A stretch of 64,000 bases of DNA, from positions 61,735 to 125,734 of the IMG/VR virus record IMGVR_UViG_2529292751_000001. One strand, 5' to 3'. Shown one piece after another: positions 36,126 through 43,733 of this stretch (the first letter of the stretch is position 1; the number at the start of each line of letters is the position of its first letter). The position numbers were made by a program, and so were the translations under genes. Below the pieces are notes generated by a model, which saw only the letters and a program-made list of their open reading frames with translations, was not told the DNA's origin and ran no database searches. Source of the stretch: a virus. Taxonomy: Duplodnaviria > Heunggongvirae > Uroviricota > Caudoviricetes.

Positions 36126-36479
36126 ATGTCCGATATTGCTCATGTCACCGCTAAAAGAGTTAAAATGTTAAGATTAAAGAAAGGATTGACTCAAAAGAGT
36201 CTTGGGGAATTGGTTGGAGTATCTGAAGCATTTATATCCATGATAGAATCTAGGTCATCTACTAACAAGAGACCATCTGGGAAAACTATATCTCTTATAG
36301 CAGAAGCCTTAAACGTATCAACTGATTACTTATTAGGGCTATCTAATACAGAAGATTTATTACCTTACTCTGATACAAGGAGAGAATTTGAAGTAATTAT
36401 TGAAAAGGTCGAGCAGTTGGATGAGGATAAGCGTGTAATGGTTATAAAGATGATTCAATCTATGGTCAAAACATTATAG
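36126..36479 (+). CDS. Xre-family HTH transcriptional regulator (117 aa)
   Basis: LRLKKGLTQKSLGELVGVSEAFISMIE helix-turn-helix. Confidence 0.6.
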   Translation: MSDIAHVTAKRVKMLRLKKGLTQKSLGELVGVSEAFISMIESRSSTNKRPSGKTISLIAEALNVSTDYLLGLSNTEDLLPYSDTRREFEVIIEKVEQLDEDKRVMVIKMIQSMVKTL

Positions 36480-36533
36480 TTGCTGTTAACGCATAATATT
36501 ACGATGCAATGGATACACTCTTATTGGAGGTGT

Positions 36534-36773
36534 ATGATGCTATTCAGACGGGGCAAATCCAATAAAAAAGAAAAAGAGTTTAAGGCAATTGAAAATATGT
36601 TAATTGATGCCAAGATGAAAATCGACTCCTATAATCTCGATTTAAAAAACGTAGAATATACTGAGACAAAAGAGTTGTTAAATAGAGAAATCCGTCATCT
36701 AAGAGAGTTTATAGATACACTAAAGATTACATATACTGAGTACGAAAAGAACATGCAACGCAAAGAAAGATAG
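36534..36773 (+). CDS. hypothetical small coiled-coil protein (~79 aa)
   Basis: ORF track 36480..36773; ATG at 36534 after TGGAGGTGT preferred. Confidence 0.35.
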   Translation: MMLFRRGKSNKKEKEFKAIENMLIDAKMKIDSYNLDLKNVEYTETKELLNREIRHLREFIDTLKITYTEYEKNMQRKER

Positions 36774-36811
36774 TATGGTATAATATGTATGAGTCGCGTC
36801 ATTTTTCATTG

Positions 36812-36850
36812 CCTTGGCTAATCCCCAAGGTTTCTTTTTATTTTTCTTAA
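36812..36850 (+). terminator. Rho-independent terminator (CCTTGG/CCAAGG plus T-run)
   Basis: hairpin plus TTTCTTTTTATTTTT. Confidence 0.6.
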
Positions 36851-36955
36851 TATTCTGAATAATATTGAAAAATAAGGCTATTTCACTTTCACTTCATTCC
36901 CCTACTATATAATAGGAAGAAACATGACATATATATATGGATGAAGGAGGATACT

Positions 36956-38050
36956 ATGAACGTCCCAGTCAAAGGAAACGAAAAGATTACGCAGTTATTA
37001 AACGAATGGTACATTGAAATTCGTGCCAGACGAATTGGTCAAGCTCATAGATTGAAAGAAGAGATTGATAAAAAGATTGATAGTATAGAAAAAGACCAAA
37101 CTCTACTATTATACTACTCTCTCTTAGATTTTCGATTTCAGTACATTGTAGATAATCTAGGAGTCTCTGCCAACAGTTTTGATAAGGTTGAAGAGTTTGA
37201 GATTCCAACAAACAACTTTTTGACTTATTACTACCACTTCTTTAAGGCTATTCATGCTTCTGGTATTGGTAACTACATGATTGCAAAAGAACACTTTGAC
37301 AAAGCTGAATCTCTTCTTGAATTAGTTCCAGATGAGATTGAAAAAGCTGAGTTCTACTACAAATTAGGCGCTTTCCACTATGACATCTACGAATCACTCC
37401 AATCAATTAAGTATGTTAACAAAGCAAAAGAAATCTTTGAACAAAATGAAAACTATGAGCGAAATGTTGGATTCTGTGAGAACCTTCTTGGAACTGCTTG
37501 TACAAAGCTAAGAGAATGGGCTTTATCAGAGGAACATCTTATTAAAGCTATGGATATTTTCAGCAAGATTGATGAGGAAAAGTATACTTTAATGGTTAGA
37601 CATAACCTAGGGTATATGTATTCTAGTCAGAACTTATCTCCACTGGCAATTAGATATTTATCAGAGGTAACAAGTCACAATCCTAGACATCACAAAGCTC
37701 TGTTCTTACAAGCTAGAGAGCATTACAAATTAGATGAGATGGATATCGCAAAAGATTTGGCTGATAGAGGATATAGTATCTGTCTTGAGCTAGGGAATAT
37801 GGAGTATAAACACCTTTTTGCAATTCTGAAATGCCTTATATCTAATGTGTCTGGCGATGAATTGGAGAAGGTTGCAATTGAAGGAATATCTTACTTTGAA
37901 AGCGAATCACTATATGAGTATATAGAAGAGAGCCAAGAGTATATGGCTGTTAAGTTCTATGAGGAAGGCAACCATACTAAATCTAGTGAATACTTCTATC
38001 TAGCTTCAAAAACGAGACAAAAAATCAAGGAAAGGGAGTCTTTAAAATGA
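36956..38050 (+). CDS. rap: Rap-family TPR response-regulator aspartate phosphatase / quorum-sensing receptor
   Basis: N-terminus KITQLLNEWYIEIRARRIGQAHRLKEEIDKKIDSIEKDQTLLLYYSLLDFRF closely resembles Bacillus Rap proteins; TPR-like repeats throughout; ATGA overlap with the phr gene. Confidence 0.75.
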   Translation: MNVPVKGNEKITQLLNEWYIEIRARRIGQAHRLKEEIDKKIDSIEKDQTLLLYYSLLDFRFQYIVDNLGVSANSFDKVEEFEIPTNNFLTYYYHFFKAIHASGIGNYMIAKEHFDKAESLLELVPDEIEKAEFYYKLGAFHYDIYESLQSIKYVNKAKEIFEQNENYERNVGFCENLLGTACTKLREWALSEEHLIKAMDIFSKIDEEKYTLMVRHNLGYMYSSQNLSPLAIRYLSEVTSHNPRHHKALFLQAREHYKLDEMDIAKDLADRGYSICLELGNMEYKHLFAILKCLISNVSGDELEKVAIEGISYFESESLYEYIEESQEYMAVKFYEEGNHTKSSEYFYLASKTRQKIKERESLK

Positions 38051-38181
38051 AAAAAGTAGTATTGGGCTTAATGGGAATTTTAACAGCTTTAACTATGATT
38101 GTGGGCGTTCAGTCTAATAGCGATAGTAAGCCTGCGTCTCCTACTATTATGATGATGGAACATGGAGACCATGGTGGTTGA
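38047..38181 (+). CDS. phr: Phr-type secreted signalling peptide precursor (44 aa, signal sequence)
   Basis: MKKVVLGLMGILTALTMIVGV hydrophobic signal; overlaps the rap stop; below the ORF-track cutoff. Confidence 0.55.
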   Translation: MKKVVLGLMGILTALTMIVGVQSNSDSKPASPTIMMMEHGDHGG

Positions 38182-38187
38182 TAAGAG

Positions 38188-38258
38188 GACAAAATAAAAA
38201 TAATAGCCAACCTCCTACCTTATATAGAGTGGGATTGGCTATTATTTTCTTTAAATTT
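38188..38258. terminator. bidirectional terminator (12-bp perfect inverted repeat AATAATAGCCAA/TTGGCTATTATT)
   Basis: flanked by an A-run on one side and a T-run on the other; overlaps the last codons of the minus-strand 171-aa gene. Confidence 0.6.
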
Positions 38259-38735
38259 CTTTACGTATTTTATAAAATCGTATAGTTGGTTTGGTGTCAT
38301 ATCTATTCCACGAGTTCCGCCTCTAAGAGAAAGTTCTTTTAAAGTGCCTGCCTCTTCCAATACGACAAATACTAGCTCGGAGCATATATAATTATTAGGA
38401 TTATTAAATTTATTCCTACCCTTTAATCTTAATAACTTGCTAATCATATACCAGATAATTTGCATATAATCGTATTTTTTACCAACCATTTTCGTGCCTA
38501 CATCTACTACCCTACTTCTCTCTTCTTTATTAAGCTCTAAATCAATTACTTCTATTATATTATATTGTTCCTTATCGAATGGGACTATAGAAACTCTTGT
38601 ATCAAAATCCGCCTCTAATATATGAGTATCAGACATGGCGATTGCTACATGACTAAATGTTCCATTATCGAAGAATCGTACAGCTTTTGATATAAAGCTT
38701 TTGCCTTGTAAAAATACTACGTCACCTTGTTTCAA
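38220..38735 (-). CDS. YiiX/DUF830-like permuted papain-fold (NlpC/P60 superfamily) peptidase
   Basis: GDVVFLQGKSFISKAVRFF..GTFSHVAIAM (His) and YICSELVFVVLEEAG (Cys) pattern. Confidence 0.45.
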   Translation of the reverse strand: MKQGDVVFLQGKSFISKAVRFFDNGTFSHVAIAMSDTHILEADFDTRVSIVPFDKEQYNIIEVIDLELNKEERSRVVDVGTKMVGKKYDYMQIIWYMISKLLRLKGRNKFNNPNNYICSELVFVVLEEAGTLKELSLRGGTRGIDMTPNQLYDFIKYVKKFKENNSQSHSI

Positions 38736-38749
38736 AGGAATCTTCCTTT

Positions 38750-39031
38750 CTATTTGCGCTTACGATATTTTAATAGCAATGAAAATTCAATCGAACATAA
38801 AGTTAATGCAATCGTATTTGTAATCATAAATGCTCCTGCTGTATGAAGAACGAACCACATATAAATGGCATAAGCCTCCATAAACGCTACGCCTAAACAG
38901 ATTCCGCCTAGATAGGTTACACTAAAGTCGTCTACCGATTTTGTACGAATGAATTTAATGATTTGAGGAATATATCCGAAACTTAATATTAATCCTCCTA
39001 TTAGCTGTAAAGTGTTAAAAAATTCTGTCAT
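38750..39031 (-). CDS. holin candidate; 3-TM PQ-loop/SemiSWEET-like membrane protein (93 aa)
   Basis: immediately downstream of the amidase; LIGGLILSFGYIPQIIKFIRTKS PQ-motif; hydrophobic segments. Confidence 0.5.
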   Translation of the reverse strand: MTEFFNTLQLIGGLILSFGYIPQIIKFIRTKSVDDFSVTYLGGICLGVAFMEAYAIYMWFVLHTAGAFMITNTIALTLCSIEFSLLLKYRKRK

Positions 39032-39123
39032 TGTTTATATATCTCCTTATCTTTTCTTTCATTTAAAAGGTTCGAACATAGCGTTAGCTACATCCGAACC
39101 AATAGATTAATAAAATCTAAGTT

Positions 39124-40095
39124 TTATTGCTTAACGTGAACGTAAGCAGGACTTGCAGTAATGTAGAAATACTTACATCTGTACATCTTAGAACCGTTAA
39201 CTGTTAATTCCTCAAGTATTGTAAATGCTTCACCCTTCGGAACAGTTTTTTCTTTTGCATTCCAATCTGGAGCTGAGTAAACCCATAACTCTGGAGCGTC
39301 TACTACAACTAATTTCCCTACATTGCTAGTCTGTCTACGTGCAAAACGAGTGTAGCTAGGGTCTCCATATACCCATGAATTACCAACATTTAACCAACCG
39401 TCTTGTTCAGCCCATACAACATAGCTTTCTGGAGCGTTTAATTTACGAATTACTTCACCGCTTGTACTTGGAGTCTTACGTAGATTCACGTTTGTTCCAG
39501 TGATATAAACGATACCTAAACCTTCTGTTCCTGCATCTCCATTATTAGTTGGAGGAGCGATTGTATTACCGCCACCAGAACCATTGCTACCTTGAACCAT
39601 GTTTTTGAATCCTTCGAATCCACCTGCACGATTTAAGATTGGTCGTGGGCAATATTTACCAGACCAACGTTGGTGAGGAACTACATTTCCAATGCCGATA
39701 CCAGTTTGTCCCATTAAGAACTTCACTAATTTAGCAACGTTTGCTAATGCTTTCTCAAAGTTGCCATCTGAATTTTCAGCAGTTTCGATACCAATTGATT
39801 GGCGGTTACCTGTTCCACTATTACCGTCTCCTGCATGCCAACCATTTTCATTAATCGGTAAATGTTGAACGATACGATTACTATCTACTGTAAAATGCCA
39901 AGACTTTCCGTCTCCACCGTTAACTAAGTAGTTCGCATGCGCTCTAGCATCTGCACCTTTTTCTGTATTTTCAGTTGTGTGAACCGTAATATAATTAGGA
40001 CTCATAGGATACTGAGGTCTATTGTTATTACTTGCAGGAATAATCTTCGTTTCAAAAGGTACTCCACCGATGTTGCTTACATTAAATACTGTCAT
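39124..40095 (-). CDS. N-acetylmuramoyl-L-alanine amidase endolysin (PGRP/Amidase_2 plus C-terminal cell-wall-binding domain)
   Basis: NYITVHTTEN...WHF..WHAGDGN...GIE...CP motifs of Amidase_2; ORF track start 40125 trimmed to the ATG at 40095 after AAAAGGAGAG. Confidence 0.8.
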   Translation of the reverse strand: MTVFNVSNIGGVPFETKIIPASNNNRPQYPMSPNYITVHTTENTEKGADARAHANYLVNGGDGKSWHFTVDSNRIVQHLPINENGWHAGDGNSGTGNRQSIGIETAENSDGNFEKALANVAKLVKFLMGQTGIGIGNVVPHQRWSGKYCPRPILNRAGGFEGFKNMVQGSNGSGGGNTIAPPTNNGDAGTEGLGIVYITGTNVNLRKTPSTSGEVIRKLNAPESYVVWAEQDGWLNVGNSWVYGDPSYTRFARRQTSNVGKLVVVDAPELWVYSAPDWNAKEKTVPKGEAFTILEELTVNGSKMYRCKYFYITASPAYVHVKQ

Positions 40096-40194
40096 AAATA
40101 CTCTCCTTTTCTTGCCTTTTGGCAAGCTCTTATTTTTTTGTTTTATATATAATAGGAAGAAACTCGTTTTAAATTAGCTCTCCCTACCGATATT

Positions 40195-40214
40195 TCTGCA
40201 ATACTTTTGTTTAA
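40195..40214 (-). promoter_or_regulatory. conserved element, copy 18 (minus strand), upstream of the amidase
   Basis: exact consensus on the minus strand. Confidence 0.9.
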
Positions 40215-40218
40215 TAAT

Positions 40219-40857
40219 CTATTTTGTATAAGTGATTTTTAACTGAGGCGCACCCCAATCGCCATACCCATTGAAAATACCGTAGTATTCTCCTGCTCCA
40301 GTATTAGCAAATATACTAACACCCTTGTAATAGCCATCTCGAATTCCATAACCCAGAGCTACTGGAAGATTAACCCATCCTGCAGTTCCTCTATCATAAA
40401 ATTTCTGATAAGCTTTACCGTATTCTGAATGGCTGAATGTATTTGGCTTACTAGAGTGATTGTGAAATCCTGCAACTACAGTACCACCTGCATAATAGTA
40501 CCAATGCTCATTCTGCAGATATAGCTCTACCTTATCAATACGCGCCCCTTGTAATTCATTCCGAATTCTAGCTCCATCATCAAATCCAATTAAAGAACGC
40601 ATAATCCCCCAAGGTTCATAAACATATCGACCTTGACAAATCTTTTCACTACGATAGTCGGTACGCTTTGTCCCTGCTTCACGATAAGTTTGAGTAAATG
40701 TACAGCCCCACGTTTTTGTATACGTCTGAGAGGTCATATTAGACCATCCAGAGCCATTCCATTTATAAACTTTAGCATCCTGCCAACTAGAACCATTCCA
40801 TGATTTCACGCTTGCATCGTACCATTCAGAACCGCTCCATCTCTTGATATTACTCAC
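40219..40857 (-). CDS. hypothetical tail/fiber-associated protein with W-rich repeats (212 aa)
   Basis: ORF track; tail-module context. Confidence 0.45.
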   Translation of the reverse strand: MSNIKRWSGSEWYDASVKSWNGSSWQDAKVYKWNGSGWSNMTSQTYTKTWGCTFTQTYREAGTKRTDYRSEKICQGRYVYEPWGIMRSLIGFDDGARIRNELQGARIDKVELYLQNEHWYYYAGGTVVAGFHNHSSKPNTFSHSEYGKAYQKFYDRGTAGWVNLPVALGYGIRDGYYKGVSIFANTGAGEYYGIFNGYGDWGAPQLKITYTK

Positions 40858-40872
40858 GCTAACACTCCCTCT

Positions 40873-42243
40873 CTACACTTGAATCCAAATGTCTCCATAA
40901 GAAGCGCTAGATGGAGCATCCCCTCGAATATGAAGTCTTTTACCTTGTATTTTAATCTGGTTATTGAATTCGATAGAGCTTTCATTTCTATTTGCTGTAA
41001 AGAAGTATCTATCATGTTGCCAATCATACAATCCCATTTGCTTTGAATTGTTATTCATGTAGAATCCCATACCAACATCACTATCATTCGCTTTGAAATG
41101 AACTCTTGTCTCCTTGTTCTTACTATTAAATTCAATTCCATAATCAGATGTAATAACCCCATCCCCTCGAACTCTCATATCTCCATAGAATTGAGAGCGA
41201 AGAACTAGAGTACCAGTATTATCAACGAATACACGACCAATCTCACCATTTCCCCCTTCCGCAAATACAAGGTCTCCAGAATTCATAGAGCCTGCAGGCG
41301 CGCGAAGAATGATATCTTTACCATTAGTCATGATAAGATTTTGTTGGAAGTTTGGTTCTGAATCAACTCTAGCGAATGAACTAGCATGGATACCATCTAG
41401 CTTATCAGCATCTAAGCCACTCATATGACCTTGGTTTCCTGTGTGCCAAACAGAATGCTCATCTGTACCATCATAGAACTTTAGAGTCTTCTTAGTACTA
41501 GTATGAATAACCGTTTGAGCATTCGTATCACCAATAATAACCGCATTTGCTGTGCTAATTCTACCGATGTTTATCTCTGCACCACCTGTATTCTTGCCAG
41601 AGAAAGATTTATTATTAGCCATAGAAATATTGCCAGTTACTGTGCCACCAGTTAGCTTAACATAAGTGCCATCATGGTTATGATTAGTAATATCTTTATT
41701 TAACTGAGAGATGGCTGACGCATTGTCTGATGCTTTCTTTAGAGCCATATCGACTTCTGTTTGAACCTCATTAACTGCGTTTACAACGCTATTCTTATCA
41801 GAAGTTTTTAAGTTTGCTATTGAGCCGATATTTGCATTAATAGTAGCGATTGCATCGTTCGTTTTCTTACCGCCTGCACTCCATGAACTAACTGTAGAAC
41901 CTACAATTGCTCTTTGATGAGTATCATTCCCTGCATGGTCGTAAAATGTTTGTAAAACAACTGTATCTACAGCGTCTACTCTCATAAGATAAACAGTTGT
42001 GGCTACCATTCCAGATGGAGCATTTGTACAGCCTTTAACTCGGTACAATCCATTTTCTTTAACTGTATTTAGGTTTACTCCTTGAATGAGCTTCCCTGTA
42101 AGGAACATTTCATTAAAATCCGATGTAATGCCACTAGCACCCATGATTTTAACTTGTTCCGCTTGCGTTTCATAATGGAGCGTATCATAGCTTGTCCCAT
42201 TATGAATATTAGCTTTAGACTTTTTAATCACCAAGCCTATCAT
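40873..42243 (-). CDS. tail fiber / receptor-binding protein
   Basis: GLDADKLDGIHASSF motif common in phage tail fibers; Gly/Asn/Thr-rich beta-type sequence. Confidence 0.55.
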   Translation of the reverse strand: MIGLVIKKSKANIHNGTSYDTLHYETQAEQVKIMGASGITSDFNEMFLTGKLIQGVNLNTVKENGLYRVKGCTNAPSGMVATTVYLMRVDAVDTVVLQTFYDHAGNDTHQRAIVGSTVSSWSAGGKKTNDAIATINANIGSIANLKTSDKNSVVNAVNEVQTEVDMALKKASDNASAISQLNKDITNHNHDGTYVKLTGGTVTGNISMANNKSFSGKNTGGAEINIGRISTANAVIIGDTNAQTVIHTSTKKTLKFYDGTDEHSVWHTGNQGHMSGLDADKLDGIHASSFARVDSEPNFQQNLIMTNGKDIILRAPAGSMNSGDLVFAEGGNGEIGRVFVDNTGTLVLRSQFYGDMRVRGDGVITSDYGIEFNSKNKETRVHFKANDSDVGMGFYMNNNSKQMGLYDWQHDRYFFTANRNESSIEFNNQIKIQGKRLHIRGDAPSSASYGDIWIQV

Positions 42244-42252
42244 TCTCCTTTC

Positions 42253-42639
42253 TTACTCAATTTCTAATATTACGTTGATTGGCTTTTGCAATTCTTCGTC
42301 CCATAATTGCTCTATAGAACTTACGATTCTATCCTCAATAGGGTCATAGATATGAAACATATCTTTATGAAGAGATGAGATTACTCCTTGCACAATCTTC
42401 TGAGCGTTATTATTCCCAATGTCCTGTACGATTACGATATCATCTACATCTATAAATGAAACTAGATTGTAAGGTATGATACATTCAGATTCACTGCCAA
42501 GAACTTCAACAATACATCGAAGACCTTTTACATCTCTTACAATGCCAGTATATGACTTTGTAAAGTTTACATTTTTAAGTCTTTCACCTGCTAGAATTTG
42601 AACCGTTTCTAACAGGCTTTGTTGAATATCCTTTATCAT
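42253..42639 (-). CDS. small tail-module protein (128 aa), paralog of the next gene
   Basis: shares LQ.SL..A.QI....K....YT....G.V....G..CIVE..G.....IP..L....V.DIVIVQD..NN..QK.VQ with 42636..42911. Confidence 0.45.
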   Translation of the reverse strand: MIKDIQQSLLETVQILAGERLKNVNFTKSYTGIVRDVKGLRCIVEVLGSESECIIPYNLVSFIDVDDIVIVQDIGNNNAQKIVQGVISSLHKDMFHIYDPIEDRIVSSIEQLWDEELQKPINVILEIE

Positions 42640-42911
42640 TGCTTCGCACCAATCTTACTCTGTACGAATTTTTGAACGCTATTATTGTACAGGTCTTGTA
42701 CGATTACAATATCTCCTACACCAATTTGTGTATGGAGATGTTCTGGAACTTTACACGTTGTATCATTTCCATATAGCTCAACAATGCAATCAAATCCCAT
42801 TAACTTCTTAACAAGACCAACATGAGAAGATGTGTAAGATGTACTCTTAACCGCCTCATCTACCATGATTTGAATAGCATCTATCAGGCTAGTCTGCAGG
42901 GTTTTATCCAC
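42636..42911 (-). CDS. small tail-module protein (91 aa), tandem paralog
   Basis: see above. Confidence 0.45.
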   Translation of the reverse strand: MDKTLQTSLIDAIQIMVDEAVKSTSYTSSHVGLVKKLMGFDCIVELYGNDTTCKVPEHLHTQIGVGDIVIVQDLYNNSVQKFVQSKIGAKQ

Positions 42912-42925
42912 CTCACATCACCTCT

Positions 42926-43618
42926 TTAGTCAATAATTTCAATCCACATCAAACCCTCTTGCTTAACAGTAGGAGCAGTCTTACTTGCAATAAATCTATC
43001 AAATAAGAACCAATATGCCGAATCAGTAGGCGCTTTACCTGCTGTTGTATCCGTAGAGCAATAGAATAAGTTTCCTTGATAAGATACTGCATCCCCTACT
43101 TTATAAGTAGCAGTTGCACTGTATTGTCCTCGGTAATAGGTATTTAATCCCACATCCCCCTTATCACCTTTCGTAGAAATCTTCTGCCAGTAGCCAGTGT
43201 TTGTTGGAACTGTACCTGCAGGTGTATTCTTCGTACATAGGTATAGGTCGCCATTATACGTAACCATATTTTGGAACTTATATGCTACAGATGCACTGTA
43301 CACACCTTTGTGAACAAAATCATTTACGTATGTAGCCCATTCTGCCTGTTTCGTATTGATGTATCCATCTACCTTATCTTTAAAGAACGTTTCTACGTTG
43401 ACGATACAATCAGCCATCTTATTCCATGTTTCTGGAGTAATGATATAGCTATTTAATTGAGTTGTTAAACCATTTAATTCATTTTGCTCCGTCTGATTTA
43501 ACGTAGGCTTAAGCTTTAATTCTTGATATCGCTTAGCTTGATTAAACTTACTAGGAGGCATGTCATAAAGCTCGACAAATGAATCTACTTTACTTGGAAA
43601 TTGACTTCTATTAGCCAA
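42926..43618 (-). CDS. tail fiber-associated protein with two Y.GDLY.C...AG..P....YW repeats
   Basis: internal duplicated motif (YNGDLYLCTKNTPAGTVPTNTGYW / YQGNLFYCSTDTTAGKAPTDSAYW). Confidence 0.45.
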   Translation of the reverse strand: MANRSQFPSKVDSFVELYDMPPSKFNQAKRYQELKLKPTLNQTEQNELNGLTTQLNSYIITPETWNKMADCIVNVETFFKDKVDGYINTKQAEWATYVNDFVHKGVYSASVAYKFQNMVTYNGDLYLCTKNTPAGTVPTNTGYWQKISTKGDKGDVGLNTYYRGQYSATATYKVGDAVSYQGNLFYCSTDTTAGKAPTDSAYWFLFDRFIASKTAPTVKQEGLMWIEIID

Positions 43619-43632
43619 GATATCTCATCCCT

Positions 43633-43652
43633 TCTGCAAATCTTTTGTTTAA
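43633..43652 (-). promoter_or_regulatory. conserved element, variant copy 19 (TTAAACAAAAGATTTGCAGA, minus strand)
   Basis: 18/20; followed by GAAGGGATGAG-ATG of the 230-aa gene. Confidence 0.8.
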
Positions 43653-43688
43653 TAACCTCCATACGACACCGTTCAAATGTCTATTACA

Positions 43689-43717
43689 ATGATATCATAT
43701 TTTGGAGGTCATTGCAA
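43689..43717 (-). promoter_or_regulatory. sigma-A-like promoter on the minus strand (-35 TTGCAA supplied by motif copy 20, 17-nt spacer, TGaTATCAT)
   Basis: hexamers and spacing. Confidence 0.45.
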
Positions 43718-43731
43718 TACTTTTGTTTTAA
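43712..43731 (-). promoter_or_regulatory. conserved element, copy 20 (TTAAAACAAAAGTATTGCAAT, minus strand)
   Basis: core 16/16. Confidence 0.8.
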
Positions 43732-43733
43732 AT

